DNA of 64,000 bases from Candidatus Eiseniibacteriota bacterium (GCA_963776245.1 CAVZLN010000003.1:1120001-1184000); one strand, 5' to 3'; shown: positions 1 to 12,360, counted from the first letter of the stretch. Program-made: numbers and translations. Notes: a model not told the origin generated them from the letters alone.

Positions 1-701
1 TCCTCGCGCGCCGCTTCCACGTGGTCACCTTCGACCTGAGGGTGCGCTATCCCCCGGGGGACCGCTGGGCGCGCTGCGTCGCCGACACCCTGCGCGTGGC
101 GGACGCGCTGGCGCCCGGGCGCTTCGGCCTGGTGGGGCACTCACTCGGGGGCGCGCTGGCGCAGCAGGTCGCGCTCGCCCATCCCGGGCGGGTGGCGGCG
201 GTCGTGCTCTCGAGCACCTTCGCGCGCGTCGCCTCTCCGCGCGGCACGAGGGCGAAGCGCCTGATCGAGCAGCCTCTGGTGCTGGCGAGCCAGCGCCTGC
301 TGCCCGAGTCGCTGGCGGCCCCGCTCGCACGGCACCTCGCCGGGCGCGGGGCGTGGGTGTACGACCCGTGCTGCGACGAGCGCGTGCTGGCGCTGGTGCG
401 CCACGCGATCCGCCGCGCGCCGGTCCGCGACGCGGCGGTCATGGTGCGGCTCGCGCTCGGCCACGACGCGCGCGCCGCCCTGGCGTCGCTCGCCGTGCCG
501 GCGCTGGTGATCCGCGGCGAACGCGAGAGCGCGTTCGTGGTCGAAGCCGCGGCCGAGTTGATGGCCCTGCTGCCGCGCGCGGAGAGCGCGGTGCTGCCCG
601 GCGTCGGCCACCTGAGCCCGCTCTCGGCGCCCGCCGCGTTCGCCGCGCGGGTCGCGGCGTTCATCGCGACGCACCTTCCGGGGCCCGCGGGCGCGTGCTA
701 G
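1..701 (+). CDS. alpha/beta fold hydrolase (5' end probably outside the window)
   Basis: GHSLGG nucleophile elbow; C-terminal GxGH catalytic His region. Confidence 0.85.
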   Translation, partial: LARRFHVVTFDLRVRYPPGDRWARCVADTLRVADALAPGRFGLVGHSLGGALAQQVALAHPGRVAAVVLSSTFARVASPRGTRAKRLIEQPLVLASQRLLPESLAAPLARHLAGRGAWVYDPCCDERVLALVRHAIRRAPVRDAAVMVRLALGHDARAALASLAVPALVIRGERESAFVVEAAAELMALLPRAESAVLPGVGHLSPLSAPAAFAARVAAFIATHLPGPAGAC

Positions 702-710
702 CGTCCGGCC

Positions 711-1985
711 GTGAACGCGTCCTCCTCCCGCGGCCTCTCCGACCGCTTCCGCGCGCTGCGCCATCCGAACTTCCGCCTCTACTGGAGCGGACAACTCGTG
801 TCGCTGGTGGGCACGTGGATGCAGAGCGTGGCGCAGGGCTGGCTGATGCATCGCCTGACGTCGTCGGCGTTCATGCTCGGCCTGCTCTCGTTCATGCAGT
901 TCCTGCCGGTGATGCTGCTCGCGCTGTGGGCGGGGGTGGTGGTCGACCGCGTCGATCGGCGCCGTCTCATCCTGGTCACCCAGTGCGGGTTCCTGGTCCA
1001 GGCCACGCTGCTCGCGATCCTCACCACCAGCGGACACGTGCAGCCCTGGATGCTCCTGTCGCTCGCATTCCTGTTCGGCATCTTCAACGCGTTCGACCTT
1101 CCATCGCGCCAGTCCTTCGTCGTGGACCTGGTGGGGAGGGACGACCTCTCGAACGGGATCGCGCTGAATTCGGCGGCCTTCAACGTCGCGCGCATCGTCG
1201 GGCCGGCGGTGGCCGGCGTGCTGCTCGCGACGATCGGCGAGCAGGGCTGCTTCTGGATCAACGCGCTGTCGTACGTCGCGGTGCTCGCGAGCCTGCTCGC
1301 GCTGCGCCTGCCCCCGCGCCAGCCGTCCCCCGGCTCGCGCGACGCGGTGGCGTTCCTGCGCGAGGGGGTGAGCTACGCGTGGCACACCCCGGGCCTGCGG
1401 AACCTGCTCCTGCTGCTGGGCGTGTGCGCGGGCATCGGGTTCCAGTACATGGTGCTGCTGCCGGTGTACGCGCGCGACATCCTGCGGTCGGGGCCGCAGA
1501 CCTACGGCCTGATGGTCGCGGCGTTCGGGATCGGATCGCTCGCTTCGGCGGTGCTCATGACCCGCCGGCTCGACCGCTGGGCGCTGCGCCGGCATCTGCT
1601 CGTCGGGCTCGCCACCGGCGGAGCCGGCCTCGGGATCTTCGCGTGGTCGCGCGTGCTCGCGCTCACGCTCGCGGGCGGCCTGCTCGCCGGCTTCGGGCTC
1701 ATCCTCTACGTGTCGAGCACCAACGTGCTCATCCAGATGACCACCGAGGACCGCTTCCGCGGGCGGGTGATGAGCCTCTACACGCTGCTGTTCGTCGGCA
1801 CCGCGCCGTTCGGCGCCCTGCTCACCGGCACCATCGCTCAGCGCGCCGGTGCGCCGGTCGCCACCTCGCTCAACGCGGTGGTGCTGCTCGGCGGCGCGCT
1901 TTGGGTGTCCCACCGGCTGCGGGCGCTGGCGGCGCGCGAGCTGCCCGAGGGCGCGCCTCCGCCGCTCGGGGATAGCGTGCGCTGA
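711..1985 (+). CDS. MFS transporter (MFS_3/DUF894-like)
   Basis: NFRLYWSGQLVSLVGTWMQ start, DRVDRRRL motif, about 12 hydrophobic segments. Confidence 0.92.
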   Translation: MNASSSRGLSDRFRALRHPNFRLYWSGQLVSLVGTWMQSVAQGWLMHRLTSSAFMLGLLSFMQFLPVMLLALWAGVVVDRVDRRRLILVTQCGFLVQATLLAILTTSGHVQPWMLLSLAFLFGIFNAFDLPSRQSFVVDLVGRDDLSNGIALNSAAFNVARIVGPAVAGVLLATIGEQGCFWINALSYVAVLASLLALRLPPRQPSPGSRDAVAFLREGVSYAWHTPGLRNLLLLLGVCAGIGFQYMVLLPVYARDILRSGPQTYGLMVAAFGIGSLASAVLMTRRLDRWALRRHLLVGLATGGAGLGIFAWSRVLALTLAGGLLAGFGLILYVSSTNVLIQMTTEDRFRGRVMSLYTLLFVGTAPFGALLTGTIAQRAGAPVATSLNAVVLLGGALWVSHRLRALAARELPEGAPPPLGDSVR

Positions 1986-2015
1986 ACCGCGGCCGGGGGG
2001 CCGGCCGGCCCGGCT

Positions 2016-3032
2016 TCAGCCGCTCGCCGAGTACAGCCGCCGCAGGGAGTCGTCGCGGTGCGCCGCGAACAGGGAGCCCAGAGCCGCCCCCCACAGATCG
2101 GACTTCGGCAGGCGCGGGCGCCTCACGCCCCACGGGAACTCGGGATCGCGACGCGCGTGGCGCAGCGAGCCGAGCGCCCACAGCGCGGGCCACAGGCAGA
2201 ACAGCCGGTAGCGCACGTGGCGCGCCGGGACCAGGGCGAGGTAGTCGGGCACCCGTCCGAGCGCGGCGCGAGCGAGCGCTTCGAGTCGCGCGGCCAGCTC
2301 GCGCACGCCGGGCCGGCTGCCGTCCACCAGGTCGGCGGGCGCCAGCCCGTGGGCCTCGAGCCACGCCGCCGGCACGTGGCAGCGCCCGCGCCGCAGATCG
2401 TTCGGCCAGTCGAGCAGGATGTTGGTGAGCTGGAGCGCCTCGCCCACGTCGCGCGCCAGCGCCAGGCGGCGCGCCTCGCGATCGGGCGCCACCGGCGCGC
2501 GCCGCGCGTGGAGCCGGGTGAGCATCACGCCCACGCAGCCGGCCACCACCCAGCAGTAGTCGTGCAGTTCGGCCTCGTCGTCGAGGTAGGGCGCGGTGGC
2601 GCTGCGCGTGGCGGCCCGCGCGGCGTAGCGGCGCATGCCGGACGCGAGCGTGGTCACGCACTCGGCGACGATGTCCCGGTCGCCCCCGGGAAGCGCGCGG
2701 AACACCCGCCACACCCGCGGCAACTGCGCGATCAACTCGAGGTCGTGCCCGCCGGCGGCGCGTGGCGCGGCGGCGCGCGCGAGCGCGTCGGCCGCGGAGG
2801 CATCGCCCGCGACGGCGGCGAGCAGCGCGTCGAAGCGCCCCTCGATGCCGGCGGGAGTGCCCGGCCACGAGTCCTCGAGCGCGTCCGCGGCACGGCACAG
2901 CAGGTAGGCCGAACGGACCGCCGCCGCCATCGGGCCGCTGAGCAGGCGGATGTCGAGCGCGAAGGTGCGCGACACGCGGGGCAAGACATCGCGGCAGAAA
3001 CGCGCGTCCTGGCGGGATGGGGAGGAGGTCAT
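2016..3032 (-). CDS. squalene/phytoene synthase family (farnesyl-diphosphate farnesyltransferase-like)
   Basis: SRTF, RAADALED, YCWVVAGCVG and LQLTNILLD motifs. Confidence 0.88.
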   Translation of the reverse strand: MTSSPSRQDARFCRDVLPRVSRTFALDIRLLSGPMAAAVRSAYLLCRAADALEDSWPGTPAGIEGRFDALLAAVAGDASAADALARAAAPRAAGGHDLELIAQLPRVWRVFRALPGGDRDIVAECVTTLASGMRRYAARAATRSATAPYLDDEAELHDYCWVVAGCVGVMLTRLHARRAPVAPDREARRLALARDVGEALQLTNILLDWPNDLRRGRCHVPAAWLEAHGLAPADLVDGSRPGVRELAARLEALARAALGRVPDYLALVPARHVRYRLFCLWPALWALGSLRHARRDPEFPWGVRRPRLPKSDLWGAALGSLFAAHRDDSLRRLYSASG

Positions 3033-3310
3033 GGCGGCAGCGAAGCGTAGCACCGTGACCGACCCGACCTCCAGCGCCGGAGAGGCGAGGGCGCGCCGCG
3101 AGCGAGCCGCGCGGGAGGTCGTTTTCCCATTCCCAAACTCCCCCGGTCGTGCTAGAGTTCCGCCCCGTTCCCGCCCAGACCCCCCACGTCGACGGCGCGC
3201 CTGATGATCGATCGGCTTCGGCGTGTCGTCATGCCGTGGATGCTGGGTGCAGACCCGGCCGGTCCGCGAGCCTTTCGGCTCGCTCCGGCGCCCGCAGACT
3301 CCGAGGATCC

Positions 3311-4243
3311 ATGCCGTCCCACCGCGCGTCCGCCATCGTGTCGCGTCTCGGGTTCACGACCGCCCTGCTCGTGTTCGGGTTGATCGTCATCGGCTCGGTC
3401 GTGAGGACCACCGGATCGGGGCTCGCCTGTCCCGACTGGCCGCTGTGCCACGGGCGGCTGATCCCGCCGTTCCAATTCAACGTGCTGGTGGAGTGGTTCC
3501 ATCGCCTGGTGGCCCTGATGGTGAGCCTGCTGCTGTTCGCCACGGTCGGCACGGTGATGCTCGACCGCGAGACGCGCGCCCGGCTCGGCGGGCTGGCGCT
3601 GCTCGCGGCCGGGCTGCTGTGCGTGCAGGTGCTGCTCGGCGCTCTCACGGTGTGGAAGCTGCTGAGCCCGGGGGTGGTGAGCAGCCACCTCGCGGTCGCG
3701 CTGCTGCTGTTCACGACCCTGCTCGCGCTCGCGCTGGCGGCGGGCCGTGACGCCGAGGACGAAGCACCGTCACGGGCCGAGCGCCCCGCGGGCCTGCTGC
3801 CGCTGTGCGGCGCGGCGGCCGCGATGGTGTACGCGCAGGCGGTGCTCGGCGGCACGGTGAGCTCCAGCGGCGCGGCCCTTGCGTGCGCGGAATGGCCGAC
3901 CTGCAACGGCGAGTGGTTCCCGCCGCTCGCCGGCCTGGTGGGGCTCCAGGTGATGCACCGCCTCGGGGGCTACGCGGTGATGCTGGCGGCCGTGGCGGTC
4001 GCGCTCGCCGCGCGCCGGGCGCCCGACGCCGGCGTGCGCGCCGGGGCCCGGTTGGCGCTCGGCCTGACCGCGGCGCAACTGGTGCTCGGGGTGTGCAATG
4101 TGTTCCTCGGTGCGCCGACATGGCTCTCGGCGATGCATCTCGCGAACGCCGCCGCGATCCTGGCGCTGATGGTGATCGTCACCTTCCGAGTCGCGCGCCT
4201 GCCCGCGCGCCGCACGCGGCTGGTTCCGGCGGAGGCGCGGTGA
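3311..4243 (+). CDS. ctaA: heme A synthase (COX15/CtaA)
   Basis: GLACPDWPLCHG, EWFHR, second Cys pair CAEWPTC; GAGG before ATG 3311. Confidence 0.9.
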   Translation: MPSHRASAIVSRLGFTTALLVFGLIVIGSVVRTTGSGLACPDWPLCHGRLIPPFQFNVLVEWFHRLVALMVSLLLFATVGTVMLDRETRARLGGLALLAAGLLCVQVLLGALTVWKLLSPGVVSSHLAVALLLFTTLLALALAAGRDAEDEAPSRAERPAGLLPLCGAAAAMVYAQAVLGGTVSSSGAALACAEWPTCNGEWFPPLAGLVGLQVMHRLGGYAVMLAAVAVALAARRAPDAGVRAGARLALGLTAAQLVLGVCNVFLGAPTWLSAMHLANAAAILALMVIVTFRVARLPARRTRLVPAEAR

Positions 4244-5151
4244 CGATCGCGATCGCGCATGTCAGCGGGCGCCGCACGGCGCTCGCGTACCTCGAGCTCA
4301 CCAAGCCGCGCATCCTGCTGCTGGTGCTGATGACCGCGCTCCCCACCCTGCTGCTGGCCGCCCGCGGCTTCCCCGCGCCGGCGAAGTTCTTCGGTACGCT
4401 GATCGGCATCGCGTTCGCGAGCGCCGCGGCGGCGGCATTCAACCACTACGTCGACCGCGACATCGACGGCCTGATGCGGCGCACGGCGTCGCGCCCGCTG
4501 CCGAGCGGCACGCTGCCGCCCTCCGCGGCCGCCGGGCTCGGGTTCGTGCTCACCGGGCTGGCGTGGGTCACGCTGCTGGCGTGCGGCAATCTGCTCGCCG
4601 CGATCCTCGGCCAGCTCGCGATCGTGTACTACGCGGTGGTGTACACCCTGTGGCTCAAGCGTCGCACCCCGCACAACATCGTCATCGGCGGCGGTGCGGG
4701 AGCAGCGGCGCCGCTCATCGCGTGGGCCTCGGTGACTGGCACTCTCGGGCTGCCCGCGGTGGTGCTGTCGTCGATCGTGTTCCTCTGGACGCCGCCGCAC
4801 TTCTGGGCCCTCGCGCTCTACCGCCACGAGGACTACGCGCGCGCCGGTATCCCGATGCTGCCGGTCACGCACGGTGACGCCGCGACGCGGCGCGCCATCC
4901 TGCTCTACACGCTGGCGCTGGTGCCGGTGACGCTCGCGCTCCAGCCGCTCGGCATCGCGGGTCCGGTGTACACCGTGCCGGCGGCGCTGCTGGGCGCGAC
5001 GTTCATCGGTCTCGCCGCGCGGCTGGCGCGCAGCGCCAGCCCGAAACACGCCATCGGGCTGTTCGCGTACTCCATCCTGTACCTGTTCGCGCTCTACCTG
5101 GCCCTCACCCTCGACGCCGTCGGCGCCGCGCTCCGCGCGGCGCGGATGTAG
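4240..5151 (+). CDS. ctaB: protoheme IX farnesyltransferase (heme O synthase)
   Basis: LTKPRI, DRDIDGLMRRT, LKRRT, WTPPHFWAL; GTG overlaps the ctaA stop. Confidence 0.95.
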   Translation: MTIAIAHVSGRRTALAYLELTKPRILLLVLMTALPTLLLAARGFPAPAKFFGTLIGIAFASAAAAAFNHYVDRDIDGLMRRTASRPLPSGTLPPSAAAGLGFVLTGLAWVTLLACGNLLAAILGQLAIVYYAVVYTLWLKRRTPHNIVIGGGAGAAAPLIAWASVTGTLGLPAVVLSSIVFLWTPPHFWALALYRHEDYARAGIPMLPVTHGDAATRRAILLYTLALVPVTLALQPLGIAGPVYTVPAALLGATFIGLAARLARSASPKHAIGLFAYSILYLFALYLALTLDAVGAALRAARM

Positions 5152-5288
5152 ATGTCGGGACCCGATCGGAGCCGTCCGCCCCGGCTCACCGCCGACGACT
5201 GGATCCCCGCGGCGGGTTGCCCGCGCGCGGAACACTCCGCCGACCCCACGGCACGGAGCGCCCGCTCCGTGCAGCCCCACCAGGAGCG

Positions 5289-6318
5289 ATGATGACCTCA
5301 CGCTGGACCCCGGCAGGCCGCTGGCGCGCGGCCGCACTCGGACTCGCGGCGCTCGCCGTGCTCCCGGGCTGCGCCCCGACCGCACTACCCTCAGAGCGCC
5401 CTGCACCCCGAGTCCGACTACGCGCGCCTGATCCAGGGGCTGATCGACCAGCAGGTGTTCTGGGTCACGGTGATCTTCACCGTGGTGCTCGGACTCCTGA
5501 TCTTCGTGGTCGCGCGCTTCCGCGAGCGCCCGGGTGCCCCGGAGCCCGTGCCGGTGCACGGCAACACGGCGCTCGAGATCGCCTGGACGCTGGGGCCGGT
5601 CATCATCCTCGCGCTGGTCGCGGTGCCGACCGTGCAGGTCATCTTCAAGACCCAGACCCATCCGCCGGCGGGCGCGGTGCACGTGAAGGCCATCGGCCAC
5701 CAGTGGTGGTGGGAGTTCCAGTACCCCGAGCTGGGCGTGGTCACGGGCAGCGAGATGCACGTCCCGGTCGGCCGGCCGGTCATCGTCGAGATCGAGACGG
5801 CCGACGTGCTGCACTCGTTCTGGTTCCCGGCCATGGGGGGCAAGCGCGACGCGATCCCGGGGCGCACCAACCGCATGTGGTTCACCGCCGACACGACCGG
5901 GACGTTCCCCGGCCAGTGCGCCGAGCTGTGCGGGGTCTCGCACGCCAACATGCGCATGAAGCTGTTCGTGCAGACCCCGGCGGAATTCGACGCCTGGGTC
6001 GCGGCGCAGAAGGCGCCGCCGGTCGAGCCCGATTCGGGCTCGGTGCCCTGGCAGGGCAAGCAGTTGTTCGCGCAGAGCGCGTGCATCGGATGCCACGCCA
6101 TCCAGGGCGTGTCGGTGGGCACGCTCGGGCCCGAACCTGACCCATGTCGGCAGCCGCAGCGCCGCTCGCGGGGGCGATCTTCGAGAACACGCCCGAGCAG
6201 ATGGCCCGCTGGATCGCCGACCCGCCGACCCGCAAGCCCGGCTCGCTCATGCCGAATCTCGGACTGACCCCCGACCAGGTGCACCTGCCTGGTCGCCTAC
6301 CTGCAGAGCCTCCAGTAG
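5289..6318 (+). CDS. coxB: cytochrome c oxidase subunit II with fused cytochrome c (caa3 type); frameshifted in this sequence
   Basis: lipoprotein-like LPGC, HQWWWEF, CuA motif CAELCGVSHANM, heme c motif CIGCH, distal MP; frame changes near 5380, 6130-6160 and 6290. Confidence 0.9.
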
Positions 6319-6347
6319 GCCCGCGCGGACGCATGGAGACCCATCGC

Positions 6348-8159
6348 ATGGCCACCACCGCCGCCCCGGTCCACGCCCCGGCCCACACGCGGAACGGACC
6401 GTGGAGCTGGATCACCACGGTCGATCACAAGCGCATCGGCGTGATGTACGGCATCACCGCGTTCGTGTTCTTCCTCGTCGGCGGTCTCGAGGCCGTCGCG
6501 ATCCGCATCCAGCTGATGAAGCCCGAGAACGACTTCATCAGCCCGGATTTCTACAACCAGATGTTCACCATGCACGGCACGACGATGATCTTCCTCGCCG
6601 TGATGCCGCTCTCGGCCGCGTTCTTCAACTTCCTCATCCCGCTCATGATCGGCGCGCGCGACGTCGCGTTCCCGCGGCTCAACGCGTTCTCGCTACTGGA
6701 TCTACCTGTTCGGCGCGATCTTCCTGAACCTGCTCGTTCGTCTTCGGCGGCGCGCCCAACGCCGGCTGGTTCGGCTACTCGAACCTGACGTCGACCCAGT
6801 ATTCGCCCGGCCACGGCGTGGACTTCTGGGCGGTGGGCCTGCAGATCCTCGGCATCGGCTCGCTCGCCGCGGCGTTCAACTTCATCGTCACCATCCTCAA
6901 TCTGCGCGCGCCCGGCATGAAGCTCATGCGCATGCCGCCGTTCGTCTGGATGACGCTGGTGACCGCGTTCCTGCTCATCCTGGCGTTCCCGGTCATCACC
7001 GTGGCGCTGATCCTGCTGCTGTTCGACCGCATGACCGGCACCAACTTCTTCGTGCCGGCGGCCGGGCGCCGATCCGCTGCTGTGGCAGCACCTGTTCTGG
7101 CTGTTCGGCCATCCCGAGGTCTACATCCTGATCCTGCCGGCGATGGGCATCGTCTCCGAGGTGCTGCCGACGTTCTCGCGCAAGCCGCTGTTCGGCTACC
7201 CGGTGGTGGTGTACTCGGGCATCTTCATCGGCTTCATGGGCTGGGGCGTGTGGAGCCACCACATGTTCGCGGTCGGGCTCGGGCCGCTGGCCGATTCGTT
7301 CTTCGCGCTCACCACCATGCTCATCGCCATCCCCACCGGCGTGAAGATCTTCAACTGGATCGCGACCATGTGGGGCGGGCGCATCCGGCTCGCGCACCGC
7401 CGATGCTGTTCGCGATCGGCTTCATCGGCGTTGTTCACCATGGGCGGGCTGTCCGGCTTCATGCACGCCTCGCCGCCGTCGGACCTGCAGCAGACCGACA
7501 CCTACTTCGTCGTGGCGCACATCCATTACGTGCTGTTCGGCGGCGCGGTGATGGGCATCTTCGCGGGGATCTACTACTGGTTCCCCAAGATGACCGGGCG
7601 ATTCCTCGACGAGCGCCTGGGCAAGGTGCACTTCTGGCTCATGACCCTGGCGATGAACGTGACGTTCTTCCCGATGCACTTCGTCGGGCTGCTCGGCATG
7701 CCGCGGCGCATCTACACGTACGCGCCGAACATGGGCTTCGACGCGTACAACATGCTCGCCACCGTCGGCGCGTTCGGGATCGTGGTCGCGGTGCTGGTGT
7801 TCCTGTGGAACTTCGCGGTCAGTGTGCGCGGGGGCGCGCCCGCCGCCGCGGACCCGTGGGGCGGCGCCTCGCTCGAGTGGGCGATCTCCTCGCCGCCGCC
7901 GGTCTACAACTTCGGCACCATCCCGCAGGTCCACAGCCGCGACCCGCTGTGGCACCAGTCGAGCCGCGCCGCGGCGCTCGCCGGCAACGAGGTGCACGGC
8001 CCGATCCACATGCCCCCCGACTCGTACTGGCCGGTGGTCGCGGCGCTGGGGATCACGATGCTCCTCGCCGGGATGATCTTCGGCTGGTGGGTCGGCATCC
8101 CAGGACTGACGCTGACGCTGCTCGGCATCTACGCATGGGCCTTCGAGCCGTGTGCGTGA
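6348..8159 (+). CDS. coxA: cytochrome c oxidase subunit I (A1 type); multiple frameshifts
   Basis: VDHKRIG, FTMHG, LFGHPEVY, WSHH, VAHIHY and GMPRR spread over alternating frames. Confidence 0.93.
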
Positions 8160-8190
8160 CGCGCCCGGCCCCGAACCAGGAGGATTGACC

Positions 8191-8797
8191 GTGTCCACCG
8201 CCGCCGCCGCGCACCCCGGTGCGCACGACGCGCCTCGCACCAGCACCGGGCTCGACAGCCGGAAGATGCTGTTCTGGGCCTTCCTGGGCTCGGAATGCAT
8301 GTTCTTCGGCACGCTGATCGCGACCTATCTCGTCTACCGGGGCCGCGACACCATCGGCCCGCATCCGCATGAGATCCTGAACATCCCGCTCACCTCGGTG
8401 AGCGCGTTCGTGCTGCTCATGTCGAGCCTGACCATGGTGCTCGCGCTCGCCTCGATCCAGCGCGGCGACCGCGCGCGGTACGACGGGCTGGCTCGGCGCC
8501 ACCGCCGCGCTGGGCGCGACGTTCGTCGGGGGGCAGGTCTACGAGTTCACCCACTTCGTGCACGAAGGGCTGACGCTCCAGACCAACCTGTTCGGCTCCA
8601 CCTTCTTCGTGCTCACCGGCTTCCACGGCACGCACGTGACGGTGGGGGTGATCTGGCTGCTCACGCTCATGTCCATGTCGGCGCGCGGCAAGCTCGGCTC
8701 GGAGCGCGCCCTCGACGTCGAGATCGCCGGTCTCTACTGGCACTTCGTCGACGTGGTCTGGATCGCGATCTTCACCCTCGTCTATCTCATCCAGTAG
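8191..8797 (+). CDS. coxC: cytochrome c oxidase subunit III; frameshift near 8480
   Basis: FLGSECMFF, TGFHGTHV, YWHFVDVVW; AGGAGG upstream of GTG. Confidence 0.92.
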
Positions 8798-8807
8798 GGG
8801 GGCGACC

Positions 8808-9119
8808 ATGGCGGAACACCATCCCGCGAACCCGAGCGCCGCAGGCCGCTCCCACCCGGGCGCGCGCGCGTACCTGGGCATCGCCGTCGTGCTCACGCTG
8901 ATCACCGCGATCGAGGTCGCGGTGTTCTACCTGCCGGTGATGCACCCGGTCCTGGTGCCGGTGCTGTTGGTGCTCTCGGCGCTCAAGTTCGCGATCGTGG
9001 CGCAGTGGTACATGCACCTGAGATTCGACCACCGGCTGTTCTCGTGGCTGTTCGTGACGCCGATGGTGATCGCCGCGCTGGTGATCCTCGCGCTCCTGCG
9101 GCTGTTCGGGCACTGGTGA
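8808..9119 (+). CDS. cytochrome c oxidase subunit IV family
   Basis: three TM helices, KF...YMHL motif, last gene of the cox operon. Confidence 0.85.
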   Translation: MAEHHPANPSAAGRSHPGARAYLGIAVVLTLITAIEVAVFYLPVMHPVLVPVLLVLSALKFAIVAQWYMHLRFDHRLFSWLFVTPMVIAALVILALLRLFGHW

Positions 9120-9205
9120 GGGGCTCGAAGCCCAGCCGGTCGCGGGGGCGAAGGAGCGGTCGGCGGACCTGAGGGATCCAGAGCGTGCGCGCGCCCGAAT
9201 GGGTC

Positions 9206-9240
9206 GAGCCCCGGCGGATCGCTCCACCGGGGCTCATGTT

Positions 9241-9241
<1 letters not shown>
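9206..9241. terminator. GC-rich hairpin between the converging cox operon and tRNA
   Basis: GAGCCCCGG...CCGGGGCTC inverted repeat followed by ATGTTT. Confidence 0.55.
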
Positions 9242-9317
<76 letters not shown>

Positions 9318-9329
9318 TCAACGGCACGC

Positions 9330-9359
9330 ACAGTAGCCGCCGGGCGACCTCGAAGTCAA
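9330..9359 (-). promoter_or_regulatory. sigma70-like promoter of the tRNA
   Basis: TTGACT-N18-TACTGT just upstream of the tRNA 5' end. Confidence 0.6.
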
Positions 9360-9397
9360 GCCGACCCCCCGTCGGACGCGCCCGCGGCGGGCGCGGG

Positions 9398-9426
9398 TTG
9401 CGTGGAGCGGACGCGCTGGCTATGCT
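9398..9426 (+). promoter_or_regulatory. sigma70-like promoter
   Basis: TTGCGT-N17-TATGCT upstream of the CDS at 9501. Confidence 0.55.
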
Positions 9427-9500
9427 GCCGCAACCTGACCGGGGAGCGCGGGGTTTTCTCCGCCCAACTCACTCCACTTCCCATCTTTCGGAGGTTTCCG

Positions 9501-10271
9501 TTGATCCGATTCCGGCTCGCCGCGGCGCTCCTGGCGCTGGCCGCCGCCGCCATGGGCCTTGCGATCCGGGCGCCCGAGGCGCTCGCCGCGGCCGAGATCC
9601 ACAGGCTCAATCTGGTGCTGTCCGCGATTCCCACCTCGGTCGACGGCGGGGACTTCAACAAGGACCTGGATGCCTTCAACCGCGCCTATCTGGTCGGGCT
9701 GGAGGGGCTGAACAAGGTCAGTTTCGCGTGGCTCTTCGAGTCCCAGCTGCGCTACTTCGTGCGGCCCAACATCGCGGTGAACGCCGGTCTCGGCCAGATC
9801 CGGGCCGTCACCCGGCGCGAGTACCTGCCCGCGCTCCAGTCCTCGGTGGTCCTCGAGGGCGAGATCCTGTCCGTGCCCTTGAACCTGGGCGCGGCCTACT
9901 ACCTGCAGCCGTACAACCAGGGGGATTTCCAGGCGCGGTTCTTCTTCGGAGGAGGCCTCTCCAGCCTGGTCCACAACAAGGCGCAGTTCAAGATCGCGCG
10001 GACTGCTCCGAATGTGACGATCCCGCCCTACGATCGGATGGAGACGCGCGACTCTCCGGGCTGGTACACCGAGGCCGGCGTGCACATGTTCTTCGCCGCC
10101 CGGTACTCGGTCATCATCACGGGGATCTATCGGAACGCGCGGATCAACGAGATGGTCGACAGCCAGACCCGGCAGCCCTGGCGTCCCGTTCCGACCCCCG
10201 AGTCCAACCAGCCGTTCGCCCTCGACATGAGCGGCGTCGGGCTCCGCGGCGGCCTCTGCCTGGGGTTCTGA
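9501..10271 (+). CDS. putative outer-membrane beta-barrel protein
   Basis: GGAGG then TTG start, signal peptide, alternating hydrophobic strands, C-terminal LCLGF. Confidence 0.7.
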   Translation: MIRFRLAAALLALAAAAMGLAIRAPEALAAAEIHRLNLVLSAIPTSVDGGDFNKDLDAFNRAYLVGLEGLNKVSFAWLFESQLRYFVRPNIAVNAGLGQIRAVTRREYLPALQSSVVLEGEILSVPLNLGAAYYLQPYNQGDFQARFFFGGGLSSLVHNKAQFKIARTAPNVTIPPYDRMETRDSPGWYTEAGVHMFFAARYSVIITGIYRNARINEMVDSQTRQPWRPVPTPESNQPFALDMSGVGLRGGLCLGF

Positions 10272-10373
10272 CCGCACGCTCGCGGACTCCACGGGCCCGC
10301 GCCCGCAGGCCGTTCGGCCGGCGCGCGGGCCCGTGACGCGTCCGCCCCGCGGGCGGATCCGCGCCGGTGCCGG

Positions 10374-10751
10374 TCAGCGAGGGCGCGGGGCCGTGCGGGG
10401 GGTCTGGTCGTCCACGCGGTAGATGATCTCCCCGGGCTGCGCCATCCCGCCGCGCTCGCGCAAGACCTTCTCGCCGCGCTCGCGCATCACGCGCGGATCG
10501 GCCCGCTCCGCCTCGAGCCGGGCGACCTCCGCGCGCGCCACCTCGAGGTCATGGGCCACGCGCGCGCTCTCGCGCCCCAGTCGGGCGAGCCGCCAGACGC
10601 TGTGATCGCTGAGCAGGACGAACCACACCAGCCACAGTCCGCCCGCGAGCCACGCCCAGCGCAGGCGTCGTCGCACGGGATCGACCGGGGTGGCATAGCG
10701 GCCGAGGCGGTAGCGGCCGAGGCGATCGGAGATGTCGCGCATGACGTCCAT
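10374..10751 (-). CDS. ftsB: septum formation initiator (FtsB/DivIC family)
   Basis: TM helix, coiled coil, RExGGMAxPGEIIY; directly downstream of eno. Confidence 0.8.
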   Translation of the reverse strand: MDVMRDISDRLGRYRLGRYATPVDPVRRRLRWAWLAGGLWLVWFVLLSDHSVWRLARLGRESARVAHDLEVARAEVARLEAERADPRVMRERGEKVLRERGGMAQPGEIIYRVDDQTPRTAPRPR

Positions 10752-10833
10752 GTCCCTTCCCGGCGCGGGCCTCGCGGCCGCGCACCCGAGCGTCCCAGCC
10801 GCGATCCGTGCGGCGGGGCGCCCGCTTCCGTGA

Positions 10834-12162
<1,329 letters not shown>

Positions 12163-12186
12163 TCACGCGGGCGGTCCGAGGCCTGC

Positions 12187-12215
12187 AGGCTAGGCGGGGG
12201 TCCTGCGCGAGTCAA
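12187..12215 (-). promoter_or_regulatory. sigma70-like promoter of eno
   Basis: TTGACT-N17-TAGCCT. Confidence 0.65.
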
Positions 12216-12360
12216 GGCCGCGGGCCCTCGCGCCGTGGGTGCTCGCCGACCGCGCCATTGGCTCTCGCAGGGGCGCTCCGAGAGGGCCCGGGCGCGCGGC
12301 GCGCCCGCGGATCCCGCATCCTTGACCCGCCCCGGACACCATGCCTATCGTGCCCGATCA

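Noticed and set aside
5289..8797. cox genes as pseudogenes or programmed frameshifts
   Set aside because: Ligand motifs are intact and the indels are numerous and irregular, which fits sequencing error better.
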